64,000 bases of DNA. Origin: Pseudomonadota bacterium. Lineage in GTDB: Bacteria > Pseudomonadota > Gammaproteobacteria > UBA9214. Shown one piece after another: positions 19,344-32,829 of this stretch. A program made the translations under genes and the position numbers. The stretch lies in assembly GCA_041395565.1 (NCBI GenBank), contig JAWLAI010000007.1:270967-334966 (forward strand), written 5' to 3'. The notes beneath the pieces are model-generated. The model did no database searches, was not told where the DNA came from, and saw only the letters and a list, made by a program, of their open reading frames with translations. Within the stretch, counting starts at the first letter, position 1, and every line of letters begins with the position of its first letter.

Positions 19344-19586
19344 ACAAACATGGTCGCCGCAGGATTTTCCAATTTTGAGAGAGGTTCTAATATATTTGCC
19401 GCGGCGCCTCATGCCGGCAGCACCGGCAAATCTCATGAAGTTGCCCGGCCTTGAAAAATTGCTGGTGCGCTGCCGTGTTCCCGGACGGACCTGAATTGAC
19501 ACTGTGTTGTCTCTGCCCTCTGTGGCGAATATATATTCATTTTCTTCGCGCCTTTGCGTCCTGGCGCGCACAGGCTTTTTCTGCTG

Positions 19587-20666
19587 TCACAGCAACCCGC
19601 CGAGCGCGGCGAGGAAGGCCGCGTTCTCCTCCGGCCGGCCCACGGTCACGCGCAGGCAGTCGCGCAGTGCGGGCGCCGAACCGTCCAGGTTCTTGATCAG
19701 GATCCCGGCCTGTTGCAGGCCTGTAAAGACGGCGCCGGCACGTCCGGCCGGTACACGGAACAGGATGAAGTTGGCCTCGCTCGGATACACCGTCAGCGCC
19801 GCAAAACCGTGCAAGCCGGCTGCGAGTTCCGCACGCGCGGCGCGGATCTGCGCGGCCTGCGCGTCGAACACGTCGCGGTGCGCCAGGGCCAGTGCGCCGG
19901 TCGCCTGGTTCAGCGTACCGATGTTGTATGGCAGGCGGGTCTTGTCGATTTGCGCGATCCATTCCGGATGACCGGCCAGCAGGCCCAGCCGCAGACCGGC
20001 GAGCCCGAGCTTGGAGACGGTGCGCAGTACCAGCAGGTTGTCATGGCGGCCGAGTTCCGCCATGAAGCTCGCGCTGGTAAACGGGGCGTAGGCCTCGTCC
20101 ACCACGACCAGCCCGGTGGCGGTCTCGAGTAGCGCGCGGATGACGGCGGCATCGAACAGGTTGCCGGTCGGATTGTTGGGGTAGGCCAGGAAGGTCACCG
20201 CCGGCTGCAGCGTCGCGACAGCATCCAGGACCGCTTCCCGGGCCAGCGCGAAGTCTGGCGCCAGCGGCACGCCACTGAATTCCAGTCCCGCCACGGTCGC
20301 GATCTGCCGGTACATGACGAAGGTCGGTTCCGGCGCCAGGATGACGCGGCCCGGCCCTGCCACGGTCTGGACGATCATCTGGATCAGCTCATCCGAACCG
20401 TTGCCGAGCATGACCCCGGCCGTTGCCGGCACCCCCATGGCGGCACGCAGCGCGGCCTGCAGCTCCCCCGCCGCGGGATCGGGGTAGCGGTTCAGCTCGA
20501 GGTCGCGCAATGCGTCGAGCCACGCCGCGCGCAGTTCGTCCGGCCATGGCCACGGGTTTTCCATGGCGTCGAGCTTGATCATGCCCGTCGCCGGTGGCAC
20601 GTGGTAGGCGTGCATGGCCTGGATTTCCGGACGTACCAGTCTGGTTATCTTGTCTTGAAGGGACAC
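19587..20666 (-). CDS. hisC: histidinol-phosphate aminotransferase
   Basis: 359 aa, class-II aminotransferase (SK lysine motif TVSKLGLAGLRLG). Confidence 0.9.
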   Translation of the reverse strand: MSLQDKITRLVRPEIQAMHAYHVPPATGMIKLDAMENPWPWPDELRAAWLDALRDLELNRYPDPAAGELQAALRAAMGVPATAGVMLGNGSDELIQMIVQTVAGPGRVILAPEPTFVMYRQIATVAGLEFSGVPLAPDFALAREAVLDAVATLQPAVTFLAYPNNPTGNLFDAAVIRALLETATGLVVVDEAYAPFTSASFMAELGRHDNLLVLRTVSKLGLAGLRLGLLAGHPEWIAQIDKTRLPYNIGTLNQATGALALAHRDVFDAQAAQIRAARAELAAGLHGFAALTVYPSEANFILFRVPAGRAGAVFTGLQQAGILIKNLDGSAPALRDCLRVTVGRPEENAAFLAALGGLL

Positions 20667-20720
20667 AGTTAGTTTCTCGATCGATCAGTATTATCTAAAT
20701 TTCAATTCTTGAATTCTCAT

Positions 20721-21211
20721 TTCGCCCTGTCGGGCGAGATACTTTCTCTTGCGTGCCCAAGAGAAAGTACCCAAAGAGAAGGGCACCCGCTGGCCGCGCC
20801 GGCTGTGCCGGTGCCCTGCGTTCCTCGCCCGGCCGGGGCGTGCACAACTCGGAGCCGGAGCGGGATGTTGATCCCGCTCCGGCTTGCCTCGGACAGGGTG
20901 CGCGCCAATATCCCGGCCGGGCTGCGGTACTCGGCGCGGCCGACGGGACCGGGGTGGCAGTAACAGCCCCGTCAGGCGTAGCCGAGCAGCGCAACCGGTT
21001 CGGGATTGAGCGAGCCGCCGTGTCGAGCTGGATTTGCGAGCCGGCAGGCGCGGCAAATCCTGCGAGTTCGGCGAGCGCCCGAACCGGCGAGCAGCGCAGG
21101 TAACCCGGTAAGTCAGCAAAGCTGACTTACCGGGCAAGCCTCCGGGCCGCCTTTCTTTTGGGTACTTTTCTTTGGCGGCGCAAAGAAAAGTACCTCGCCC
21201 GACAGGGCGAA
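20721..21211. mobile_element. MITE-like non-coding element of about 490 bp with about 62-bp imperfect terminal inverted repeats, inserted between hisD and hisC
   Basis: Left arm 20721-20782 is nearly identical to the reverse complement of 21150-21211; each arm is itself hairpin-forming; two perfect internal stem-loops (20855-20882, 11-bp stem; 21104-21134, 14-bp stem); no credible ORF. Confidence 0.45.
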
Positions 21212-21286
21212 ACCTGGCAGACATCCGGAATTCTGGACTGTGAACAGGGATCTTGTCAGCCAGGATTCCCTGTTCGACAATTTTAA

Positions 21287-22588
<1,302 letters not shown>

Positions 22589-22589
22589 G

Positions 22590-23240
22590 TCAGCGCCCGT
22601 CGGCCCCGACTGCGGCGCGCAGGCGCCTGATGAAATCGCTGATACGCCCATGCTTCATCTTCATGGATGCCTTGTTCACGACCAGCCGCGAGCTGATGTC
22701 CGCGATGTGCTCCAGCGGAACCAGACCGTTCGCCTTGAGGGTATTGCCGGTATCCACCACATCGACGATGCGGTCGGCCAGACCCACCAACGGCGCCAGT
22801 TCCATGGAACCATAGAGCTTGATGATCTCCACCTGTTCCTGGCGGTCGGCGTAGAAGCGGCGCGTACTGTGCACGTACTTGGTGGCGATGCGCATGCGCC
22901 GGCGCGCCGGGCCGGCCCCGGTCGGCCCCGCGACCATCAGCCGGCAGCGTGCGATCCGGAGATCGAGCGGCTCGTACAGGCCATCGCCGCCATGCTCCAT
23001 GAGCACGTCCTTGCCGGCCACCCCCATGTCGGCGGCGCCGTAACCGACGTAGGTCGGTACGTCCGCGGCGCGGATGATCACCAGCTTCACGTCGTCCTGG
23101 TTGGTGTCCAGGATGAGCTTGCGGCTGGTCTCCGGATCGTCGACCGGCACCACGCCTGCCGCTTCCAGCAGCGGCAGGGTTTCCTTGAAGATGCGCCCCT
23201 TGGACAGGGCGATGGTCAGCGCGGTATTCATGGATGGCAA
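22590..23240 (-). CDS. hisG: ATP phosphoribosyltransferase (short form)
   Basis: About 213 aa; TIALSKGRI...; the start is either ATG 23240 or the in-frame ATG at 23231. Confidence 0.9.
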   Translation of the reverse strand: MPSMNTALTIALSKGRIFKETLPLLEAAGVVPVDDPETSRKLILDTNQDDVKLVIIRAADVPTYVGYGAADMGVAGKDVLMEHGGDGLYEPLDLRIARCRLMVAGPTGAGPARRRMRIATKYVHSTRRFYADRQEQVEIIKLYGSMELAPLVGLADRIVDVVDTGNTLKANGLVPLEHIADISSRLVVNKASMKMKHGRISDFIRRLRAAVGADGR

Positions 23241-23293
23241 GTTTCCGGCAGTTACGGCCGGTTTACAAGCGCAGCGGCGGCAGCAGCCGCGGT

Positions 23294-24818
<1,525 letters not shown>

Positions 24819-24890
24819 GACTGCTACCCCGTTGAATGACTACCAAACCGCGGCGCGGGCGCACGGCTGCCGCCCGCTCCGTCCATCCTG

Positions 24891-25193
24891 CTAATGCGAA
24901 AGCGGGAGTATTTCTTCCAGCCCGCATACGCGGGCGATCAGCATCAGCTGCTCGGGCACGTTGACGAAACTGATGCTCGCCCCTGCGCGCTCCGCCCGGC
25001 GCAGCCACTCCAGCAGCAGCGCCAAACCCGCGCTGTCCGCGCGGGTCACGCCCGCGAGGTCCACCCGGATCGCGCCGCTGCCCGCGGTCCAGGTCCGCGC
25101 ACGCGCGAGGACCTCGGGCACGGTGGTGAAATCCAGCTCGCCCTGCAGCAGCCAGTCGCCGCCGCCACGTTCGGTAAACTCCGCCGCCGGCAT
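24891..25193 (-). CDS. mlaB: STAS-domain phospholipid ABC transporter accessory protein MlaB
   Basis: 100 aa; STAS/anti-sigma-antagonist fold at the end of the mla operon. Confidence 0.75.
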   Translation of the reverse strand: MPAAEFTERGGGDWLLQGELDFTTVPEVLARARTWTAGSGAIRVDLAGVTRADSAGLALLLEWLRRAERAGASISFVNVPEQLMLIARVCGLEEILPLSH

Positions 25194-25194
25194 G

Positions 25195-25815
25195 TCAGGA
25201 GCTGTTCTTCCGCGCCAGCTGGTCGATCAGGCTGTCCATCCCCTGTTCGCGGATGATGTTGCCGAACGAGGAACGGTAGTTGGTGACCAGGCTGACCCCG
25301 CTGATGGCGACATCGTAGACCTTCCAGCCGTCCCGGCTGCGGTACATGGAATACGAGATGGGGATGGTCGAGCCGGCCTGCTCGATCTCGGTCCGCACCG
25401 TCACGGTCGGCGCGGAGACGTCGCCCGCGAACGGCAGGTATACGATCTTTTCATCCGCGTAATCCAGCAGGGCCTGGCCGTAGGTACGCACGAGCAGGTT
25501 GCGGAACTGCTCCACGAAACGCGTGCGCTGGTCGGGCGTCGCCGTGCGCCAGTTCTTGCCCAGCACCCACTGGCTCATGCGCTCGAAATCGAAGTACGGC
25601 AGCACGATGGTGGACACCAGGTCGTACAGGCGTCCCGAGTCCCTGCTGATGGTGGGGCGCTCGCTTTTCAGGGCTGCCAGCATGCGTGAGGAGGTGTCCT
25701 CCACCAGCTCCTGGGGCGTGATGTCGCTCCCCGCGACTGCCTGGGCGCAGCCCAGCACGGCGCCAAGCAGCGCCAGCAGCAGACCCGAACGCTTCACTGT
25801 GAATGAATGATGCAT
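25195..25815 (-). CDS. mlaC: periplasmic phospholipid-binding protein MlaC (Ttg2D)
   Basis: 206 aa with a signal peptide; Tol-tolerance MlaC-family sequence. Confidence 0.85.
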   Translation of the reverse strand: MHHSFTVKRSGLLLALLGAVLGCAQAVAGSDITPQELVEDTSSRMLAALKSERPTISRDSGRLYDLVSTIVLPYFDFERMSQWVLGKNWRTATPDQRTRFVEQFRNLLVRTYGQALLDYADEKIVYLPFAGDVSAPTVTVRTEIEQAGSTIPISYSMYRSRDGWKVYDVAISGVSLVTNYRSSFGNIIREQGMDSLIDQLARKNSS

Positions 25816-25816
25816 G

Positions 25817-26341
25817 TCACTTCGACTCCGCGGCCGGGGCCGGGTTCAGCTGCGGCTCCGGCTGGGCGGCCGCCTGTTCGGGCTTTTTCCCCGCCGCATT
25901 GTACAGGAACTGGCCGATTATCTGCTCCATGACGAGCGCGGACTGGGTCAGCTGGATGCGGCTGCCATCCTCCAGGTTGGTCATGGAGCCGCCCGGCTCC
26001 AGGGCAACGTACTGCTCTCCCAGCAGGCCGGCGGTGAAGATGCTGGCCGAGGTGTCTTCCGGAAATCCGTTGTAGCGCGCCTCGATCTTGAGGGATACCA
26101 CGGCCTCGAAGGTTTGGAAGTCGTAGTCGATGCCCTCGACCCGGCCGACCCGCACCCCGGATACCGTGACCGGGGCGCGCACCTTGAGACCGCCGATATT
26201 CTGGAAGCTGGCCGTGACCACATAGCCGTCGTTGTTACCGAGCGTGCTGAGATTGCTGACCTGCATGGCCAGCATGAACAGGGCCGCCATGCCGCAGGCG
26301 ACGAACAACCCGACGCCGATCTCTACAGTTCTGGTATTCAC
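25817..26341 (-). CDS. mlaD: MCE-domain protein MlaD
   Basis: GTG start at 26341 inferred (MNTRTVEIGVGLF... aligns to E. coli MlaD MQTKKNEIWVGIF), 5 nt after the mlaE stop. Confidence 0.8.
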   Translation of the reverse strand: MNTRTVEIGVGLFVACGMAALFMLAMQVSNLSTLGNNDGYVVTASFQNIGGLKVRAPVTVSGVRVGRVEGIDYDFQTFEAVVSLKIEARYNGFPEDTSASIFTAGLLGEQYVALEPGGSMTNLEDGSRIQLTQSALVMEQIIGQFLYNAAGKKPEQAAAQPEPQLNPAPAAESK

Positions 26342-26346
26342 TTCAT

Positions 26347-27126
26347 CTAGTCTCCAAACATCAGTGCGGTCAGCACGAAGTCCAGCCCCAGCACGGCCAG
26401 CGCCGTATGCACCACCGTGCGGGTCGTCGCGCCGCTCACGCCTTCCGCCGTCGGCACGGCATCGTAACCTTCGAACAGGGCGATCCAGCCGGCGATGAAG
26501 CCGAACACGATACTCTTGATGACACCGTTGAGGATGTCGTCGTATACATCCACCTTGTCCTGCATCTGCGACCAGAACGCGCCGTCGTCTACGCCCAGCA
26601 GTCCGACACCGACGAAATGGCCGCCATAGACACCGACCGCGCTGAAGATCGCCGCGAGCAGGGGCATGCACAGGAACGTCGCCAGGAAGCGCGGCGCGAT
26701 CACGCGCTGCACCGGGTCGACCGCCATCATCTCCATGCCGGACAGCTGCTCGGTGGCCTTCATCAGGCCGATCTCCGCCGCCAGCGCCGAACCGGCGCGC
26801 CCGGCGAACAGCAGCGCGGCCACCACCGGGCCGAGTTCGCGCACCAGCGACAGGGCCACGAGCACACCGAGCGACTCCTCGGCTCCGAAATCGACCAGGG
26901 TATTATAACCCTGCAATCCCATGACCATACCCACGAACAGTCCGGAGACCACGATGATCACCAGGGTGAGTACGCCGACGGAATACATCTGTTTCACCAG
27001 CAGCACCGGACGCAGCAGCATGCCCGGCATGCTGGCCAGGATCTGCAGCAGGAACAGGTGCCCGCGGCCGAGGCGCTCGAAGAAGCCCAGCGTCCGGTGA
27101 CCCAGCCGTTGCAGCGATTTCAGCAT
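26347..27126 (-). CDS. mlaE: phospholipid ABC transporter permease MlaE
   Basis: 259 aa from [11 protein letters not shown]..., collinear with E. coli MlaE; the start overlaps the mlaF stop (ATGA). Confidence 0.9.
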   Translation of the reverse strand: MLKSLQRLGHRTLGFFERLGRGHLFLLQILASMPGMLLRPVLLVKQMYSVGVLTLVIIVVSGLFVGMVMGLQGYNTLVDFGAEESLGVLVALSLVRELGPVVAALLFAGRAGSALAAEIGLMKATEQLSGMEMMAVDPVQRVIAPRFLATFLCMPLLAAIFSAVGVYGGHFVGVGLLGVDDGAFWSQMQDKVDVYDDILNGVIKSIVFGFIAGWIALFEGYDAVPTAEGVSGATTRTVVHTALAVLGLDFVLTALMFGD

Positions 27127-27932
27127 CAGGCCTGCCCTCCGCCGATCAGGTCCTCGCGGAAGCCCGGTGCAGGATAATGGAATGCCACCGGCCCGTCCGG
27201 TTCGCCATGCAGGAACTGCCGGGTCCATTCGGATTGCGATTGCCACAGGTCGTCCGGCCTGCCGTGGTCCATCACCCGGCCGTTTGAAAGCAGGTAGGCG
27301 TAGTCGGCAATGGCGCTGGTCTCGCGAACGTCGTGCGAGACCACGATACTGGTCAGGCCGAGTGCGTCGTTGAGTTCACGGATCAGCTTGACGAGGATGC
27401 CCATGGAAATCGGATCCTGGCCGGTAAAGGGTTCATCGTACATGACCATCAGCGGATCCAGCGCGATCGCGCGCGCCAGGGCCACGCGGCGCGCCATGCC
27501 GCCCGAAAGTTCGCTGGGCATGAGCCCGGCCGCACCGCGCAGGCCGACCGCCTGCAGCTTCATCAGCACCAGGTCGCGCACCAACGCCTCGGGCAGTCGG
27601 GTATGCTCGCGGATCGGGAATGCGACGTTGTCGAACACGCTGATGTCCGTCAGCAGCGCCCCGGTCTGGAACAGCATGCCCATGCGCTTGCGCAGACGAT
27701 AGAGTTCGGGACGGCCGAGGGCCGCCACCTCCAGGCCCTGCACGCGAATGGAACCCGACAGCGGCTGCAACTGCCCGCCGATCAGCTTCAGCAACGTGGT
27801 TTTGCCGGTGCCGCTCGGTCCCATGATGGCGGTGACGGTGCCCGGCCGGATGTCGAGGTCCACGCCGTCGAAGATCATCCGTGCGCCACGGGCAAAGCGC
27901 AGACCGCGTATCTGGACAACTGGCTCCGACAT
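27126..27932 (-). CDS. mlaF: phospholipid ABC transporter ATPase MlaF
   Basis: Walker [13 protein letters not shown] signature [14 protein letters not shown], Walker B LMVMYDEP. Confidence 0.9.
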   Translation of the reverse strand: MSEPVVQIRGLRFARGARMIFDGVDLDIRPGTVTAIMGPSGTGKTTLLKLIGGQLQPLSGSIRVQGLEVAALGRPELYRLRKRMGMLFQTGALLTDISVFDNVAFPIREHTRLPEALVRDLVLMKLQAVGLRGAAGLMPSELSGGMARRVALARAIALDPLMVMYDEPFTGQDPISMGILVKLIRELNDALGLTSIVVSHDVRETSAIADYAYLLSNGRVMDHGRPDDLWQSQSEWTRQFLHGEPDGPVAFHYPAPGFREDLIGGGQA

Positions 27933-28121
27933 GGTTCCTGTTCCGTGCTCGGATAAAAGGTCGACATTATGTACAGGCAGGTCGCCGGATTACAAACCGA
28001 GATTCCTGCCGCCTGCCACGGTGTGTATCATCACGGGTCTTCGCCCAACAGGTCCCCCGTCTGATGAAGCACGCATTATCGGCCCGCCCGCGGGATACCC
28101 GCAAGCAGATTCCGGGGCCCT

Positions 28122-29126
28122 GTGCGCCGCAGCATCGACCCGCGTCAGGTAACCGTTGTGTGGACTGAACTGCTCGCCATCGTGGCCGGCTTCGGCCTGC
28201 TGGGCTGGAGCGCGGGGCGGCTCGTCGAGGGCGCCAGCGCGATCGCGTGGCATCTGGATATCCCGCCGCTGGTGATCGGTCTGACCGTGGTCAGCATCGG
28301 CACCTCGGCCCCGGAGATCGTGTTTTCCGGCATCGCGGCCTGGCAGGGCAACGCCGGCCTCGCGGTGGGCAATGCGCTGGGCTCGAATATCGTCAACACC
28401 ACCCTGATTCTCGGCGCCGGCGCACTCATCCAGCCCCTGCGCGTGCATTCCAGCATCATCCGCCGCGAACTGCCGGTCATGGTGCTGGTCATGGGCTACA
28501 CCTACGCCCTGCTCGTCGACGGCGTGCTCGGCCGCCTCGACGGCGTGGCGTTGCTGACCGGTATGGTCGTCATGCTGTACTGGATCGTCCGTGTCGGCAT
28601 GCGCGGTCAGGCCGCGCGCGACCCGATCGGCAGCGAGTACGCCCATGAGCTGCCGACGGATATCGGGCGCGGGCGGGCGGTGCTGCTGGTGACGGTCGGT
28701 CTGCTGGTGCTGCTCGGGAGTTCGCGCCTGCTGGTCTGGGGTGCGGCCGCGCTGGCGACGCGCTTCGGCGTCAGTGACCTGATCATCGGCCTGACGATCG
28801 CCGCGCTCGGCACCAGCCTGCCGGAACTGGCCGCCACGGTGATGAGCGCGCTCAGGAACGAGCACGACATCGCACTCGGCAACATCATCGGTTCCAATAT
28901 ATTCAACCTGCTCGCGGTACTCGGCCTCGCCGGGCTGATCCGGCCGGAACCGCTCGAGACCGCGGTGCTGACACGCGATTATCCCTGCATGGTGGGCACG
29001 ACGCTCGCCATGTTCTTCATGGCCTACGGTTTTCGCGGTCCCGGCCGGCTCAGCCGGGCCGAAGGCGTGCTGCTGCTGTGCGCCTATGGCGCCTACCAGA
29101 CCCTGTTATACTTCACCGGAACCTGA
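28122..29126 (+). CDS. yrbG: Na+/Ca2+ exchanger-family inner-membrane protein (YrbG)
   Basis: Two alpha-repeat GTSAPE / GTSLPE motifs; the true start is probably the internal GTG at about 28158 (AGGT SD upstream). Confidence 0.8.
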   Translation: MRRSIDPRQVTVVWTELLAIVAGFGLLGWSAGRLVEGASAIAWHLDIPPLVIGLTVVSIGTSAPEIVFSGIAAWQGNAGLAVGNALGSNIVNTTLILGAGALIQPLRVHSSIIRRELPVMVLVMGYTYALLVDGVLGRLDGVALLTGMVVMLYWIVRVGMRGQAARDPIGSEYAHELPTDIGRGRAVLLVTVGLLVLLGSSRLLVWGAAALATRFGVSDLIIGLTIAALGTSLPELAATVMSALRNEHDIALGNIIGSNIFNLLAVLGLAGLIRPEPLETAVLTRDYPCMVGTTLAMFFMAYGFRGPGRLSRAEGVLLLCAYGAYQTLLYFTGT

Positions 29127-29154
29127 ACCGGACGCGCGGGACGCCCTGGCACCC

Positions 29155-30129
29155 ATGAACGACAACAAGCTGCAGGATCTCGCCCTGGCGGTGATCGACA
29201 CCGAGGCACGCGCCATTGAGCGGCTCGGCGAGGAAATCCGCAAGCCCTCGTTCACACAGGCCTGTCACCTGATGCTCGAATGCCACGGGCGGGTCGTGGT
29301 CACCGGCATGGGCAAATCCGGCCACATCGCCGGCAAGATCGCGGCGACCCTGGCCAGCACCGGCACGCCCGCCTTCTTCGTGCATCCCGGCGAAGCCAGC
29401 CACGGCGACCTGGGCATGATCACCACCAGCGACGTGGTACTGGCGCTGTCCAACTCCGGCGAAACCGCCGAGATCGTCACCATTCTGCCGCTGATCAAAC
29501 GCCTCCAGGTGCCGCTGATCGCCATGACCGGCAACCCGCACTCGACCCTGGCGCTCGCCGCCACCGCCAGCATCAACGTGAGCGTGGAAAAGGAGGCCTG
29601 CCCGCTCGGCCTGGCGCCGACCGCCAGCACCACCGCGGCGCTGGCCATGGGCGACGCACTCGCGGTCGCGTTGCTGGAGACGCGCGGCTTCACCGCGGAG
29701 GACTTCGCGCGCTCGCATCCCGGCGGGACCCTGGGCCGGCGCCTGCTGCTGCTGATCGACGACCTGATGCACACCGGCGACGCCATCCCGCGCGTCACCG
29801 CGGACACCCTGCTCAGCGACGCACTGGTGGAAATGACCCGCAAGGGTCTGGGCATGACCGCAGTGGTGGACGCCGCCGGCAAGCTGCTCGGGGTGTTCAC
29901 CGACGGCGACCTGCGCCGCACCATCGACCACCGCATCGACGTGCATAGCGCCCGGGTCAGCGAGGTCATGACCGCCCGCTGCAAGGCGGTGCACCCCGGC
30001 ATGCTCGCCGCCGAGGCGCTGCAGATCATGGACGCGACCAAGATCAATGCCCTGCCCGTCATCAACGACGACCATGAACTGGTCGGCGCGCTCAACATGC
30101 ACGACCTGCTGCGCGCCGGCGTGGTATAA
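29155..30129 (+). CDS. kdsD: arabinose-5-phosphate isomerase (SIS + CBS pair)
   Basis: 324 aa from MNDNKLQDL...; SIS VVTGMGKSGHIAGKIAATL; ATG 29155. Confidence 0.9.
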   Translation: MNDNKLQDLALAVIDTEARAIERLGEEIRKPSFTQACHLMLECHGRVVVTGMGKSGHIAGKIAATLASTGTPAFFVHPGEASHGDLGMITTSDVVLALSNSGETAEIVTILPLIKRLQVPLIAMTGNPHSTLALAATASINVSVEKEACPLGLAPTASTTAALAMGDALAVALLETRGFTAEDFARSHPGGTLGRRLLLLIDDLMHTGDAIPRVTADTLLSDALVEMTRKGLGMTAVVDAAGKLLGVFTDGDLRRTIDHRIDVHSARVSEVMTARCKAVHPGMLAAEALQIMDATKINALPVINDDHELVGALNMHDLLRAGVV

Positions 30130-30138
30130 ATTGACCGC

Positions 30139-30660
30139 ATGAAAGACATACTCGAAAAAGCCGCGCACGTCCGGCTCCTGATCTTCGACGTGGATGGCGT
30201 GCTCACCGACGGCACCCTGTTCGTCGGCGACGATGGCCAGGAATACAAGGCATTCCACTCGCGCGATGGCCACGGCATCAAGATGCTGCAGAAGCACGGG
30301 GTGATCGTCGGCATCATCACCGGCCGCACCTCGAAAGTCGTCGAGCACCGCATGGCGAACCTGGGCATCACCCACGTCTACCAGGGCAAGCTGGACAAGC
30401 TGCCGGCCTACGAGGAGCTGATCGACAAGCTGGGCATCAGCCCGCACGAGACGGCCTATGTCGGTGACGACGTGGTCGACCTCCCGGTCATGCGCCGCGT
30501 GGGACTGGCCATCGCCGTGCAGGATGCGCATCCGCTGGTGGTACGCCACTGTCACTGGCAGACACCCAGTGGCGGCGGGCGCGGCGCGGCGCGCGATGTC
30601 TGCGAGATGCTGCTGGAGGCACGTGGCGTGCTCAAACAGGAACTGGACAGCTACCTGTGA
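30139..30660 (+). CDS. kdsC: 3-deoxy-D-manno-octulosonate 8-phosphate phosphatase
   Basis: HAD motif LLIFDVDGVLTDG. Confidence 0.9.
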   Translation: MKDILEKAAHVRLLIFDVDGVLTDGTLFVGDDGQEYKAFHSRDGHGIKMLQKHGVIVGIITGRTSKVVEHRMANLGITHVYQGKLDKLPAYEELIDKLGISPHETAYVGDDVVDLPVMRRVGLAIAVQDAHPLVVRHCHWQTPSGGGRGAARDVCEMLLEARGVLKQELDSYL

Positions 30661-31220
30661 GCAGCGTCCGCAAGCTCATCCTGCTGCTGGTCGCGGTGCT
30701 CGTCATCGCCACCACCTGGCTCACCCGCCAGCAGGACGCCGGCGACGAGACGGCAGTGCGGACCGATCGCGGCCCGGACGCCTACGCCGACGACGTCCGC
30801 ATCCAGGTCATGGACACGAACGGCCTGCCGGCCTACCACCTGCGTGCCGAGCATATCGCCTGGTATCCTGACAACGATCAACTGGCGCTGCAGCGCCCGC
30901 GCCTCGACGTCCACAGACCCGACGGCGCTCACTGGGAACTGCGCGCCGAACAGGGGCTGACAGGACGCGCCGGCGATCCGGTTTCCCTGACCGGCACTGT
31001 TATCATTCAGAAAGTTGCGGCCAATTCCGGCAGCGCTCTCAAGATCACGACCGCCGACGTCACCGTCATGTCAGACGCCCGCCTGGCACTGACCGAAGCG
31101 CCCGCCCTGGTGGAAGGTGCGGGCTACCGCTTCGAGGCGACGGGGCTGACGGCGGACTTCCGCGAGAACAGGCTGGAACTGCGTTCACAGGTACGGGGCC
31201 GGATCGATGCGCGCAGCTAA
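30657..31220 (+). CDS. lptC: LPS export protein LptC
   Basis: GTG start overlapping the kdsC stop; N-terminal TM anchor; conserved position. Confidence 0.8.
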   Translation: MSSVRKLILLLVAVLVIATTWLTRQQDAGDETAVRTDRGPDAYADDVRIQVMDTNGLPAYHLRAEHIAWYPDNDQLALQRPRLDVHRPDGAHWELRAEQGLTGRAGDPVSLTGTVIIQKVAANSGSALKITTADVTVMSDARLALTEAPALVEGAGYRFEATGLTADFRENRLELRSQVRGRIDARS

Positions 31221-31743
31221 TGCGACCCTGCGCGCCTGTGTCTGGCTGCTGACCCTGATGCCCTGCCTGGCCTGGGCGCTGGCCAGCGACCGCAACCAGC
31301 CGATCCAGATCGAGGCGGACCGCGCCACCCTGGACGAGAAGGCAGGACTGAGCGTCTACGAAGGCAACGTGGTCATGCAGCAGGGCACGCTGAAACTGCG
31401 CGGCAGGCGCATGGCCGTGCAGGTCCGCGACAATCAGGTGGAGAGCATCACCCTCGACGGTGCGCCGGCCAGTTTCATGCAGCGGCCCGACGGCGGCGCT
31501 ACCGACCAGCATGCAGAGGCGGATCATATCGAGTACATCACCGCCGACCAGCAGCTGATCCTGCGCGGAAACGCCCAGATCCGCCAGTCCGACAAGGAAC
31601 GGTTCAGCAGCAACCGCATCATCATCAACCTGCGCGACAACACGGTCAGCGCCGGCGGCAGCAGCAGCGGCAGCCGCGTGCGCATCACCCTGCAACCGGA
31701 AGCCGTCCCACCCGCGGCCCCGCCGGCGGACCCGGCGCAGTGA
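31207..31743 (+). CDS. lptA: LPS transport periplasmic protein LptA
   Basis: Signal peptide; OstA-like jellyroll ([32 protein letters not shown]). Confidence 0.85.
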   Translation: MRAANATLRACVWLLTLMPCLAWALASDRNQPIQIEADRATLDEKAGLSVYEGNVVMQQGTLKLRGRRMAVQVRDNQVESITLDGAPASFMQRPDGGATDQHAEADHIEYITADQQLILRGNAQIRQSDKERFSSNRIIINLRDNTVSAGGSSSGSRVRITLQPEAVPPAAPPADPAQ

Positions 31744-32465
31744 GCGTGCTGCAGACCTTCAGCCTGGGCAAGAACTACCAGTCGCGACGCGTCGTCGATG
31801 ACGTCTCGCTCACCGTTGGCAGCGGCCAGGTCATCGGCCTGCTGGGGCCGAACGGCGCCGGCAAGACGACCTGCTTCTACATGATCGTGGGGATCATCCC
31901 CTGCAGCGAGGGCCGCATCGAACTCGACGGGACGGATCTGACCGGTCAGCCCATGCATGTCCGCGCACAGCACGGTCTCGGCTATCTGCCACAGGAGGCC
32001 TCGGTGTTCAGAAAGCTGTCGGTGGCGGATAACATCATGTCCATACTCGAGATCCGCAAGGACCTGGACGGACACGAACGCGGCGAGCAGCTGGAATCCC
32101 TGATGCACGAACTCCATATCGGCCATCTCGCCGAACAGCCCGGCATCAGCCTTTCCGGCGGGGAACGCCGCCGCGTGGAGATCGCACGCGCCCTGGCCGC
32201 GAATCCGCGTTTCGTCCTGCTCGACGAACCGTTCGCCGGCGTCGATCCGATCTCGGTCATCGATATCCAGCACATCATCGAGCATCTGTGCAGCCGCGAC
32301 ATCGGCGTGCTGATTACCGACCATAACGTGCGCGAGACCCTGGGCATCTGCGACCAGGCCTACATCCTGAGCGAAGGCCGGGTGATCTCGGCCGGCAGCC
32401 CGCAGAGCGTGCTGGCCGACCAGCGGGTACGCGAAGTCTATCTCGGCACCGAATTCCGCCTGTGA
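31740..32465 (+). CDS. lptB: LPS export ABC transporter ATPase LptB
   Basis: Walker [25 protein letters not shown], Walker B; GTG start overlapping the lptA stop. Confidence 0.95.
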   Translation: MSVLQTFSLGKNYQSRRVVDDVSLTVGSGQVIGLLGPNGAGKTTCFYMIVGIIPCSEGRIELDGTDLTGQPMHVRAQHGLGYLPQEASVFRKLSVADNIMSILEIRKDLDGHERGEQLESLMHELHIGHLAEQPGISLSGGERRRVEIARALAANPRFVLLDEPFAGVDPISVIDIQHIIEHLCSRDIGVLITDHNVRETLGICDQAYILSEGRVISAGSPQSVLADQRVREVYLGTEFRL

Positions 32466-32605
32466 GCCTTCCCCTGTCCAACTGCCCGTCCTGCGGGCGG
32501 GCGGTGCCGGTGCCGCACCCGTCTGCAAGACCCCGCAACCGGTTGCCACGGTTACGTCAATTTGGCAGGTCGGCAGGCGCCGCGGCACGCTGGATATTGC
32601 CGGCA

Positions 32606-32629
32606 TGGCATGGATCATGCACTATAATG
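32606..32629 (+). promoter_or_regulatory. candidate promoter region for rpoN: sigma-54-like -24/-12 element TGGCATggatcATGCA immediately followed by TATAAT
   Basis: GG and GC are spaced as in the TGGCAC-N5-TTGCA consensus (2 mismatches); it lies inside an unusually long 364-bp lptB-rpoN spacer. Confidence 0.3.
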
Positions 32630-32829
32630 ATTCATAAAGGACCGGTATCACCGCGTGGCGACAAAACCGGAAAATCCATACCGGACTGCCCTTGTAAAAT
32701 GCCAACAAAGACAAATGCTTGCACGCGATCATGGCCGCCCCAGCGCGGCGGGCGCAATGGACCCGTGCGGCGCTGGCAGCAGCAATCCTCCTGCAGGTAC
32801 ATGACAAAAGCGCAGTGCCCTGACAATTC

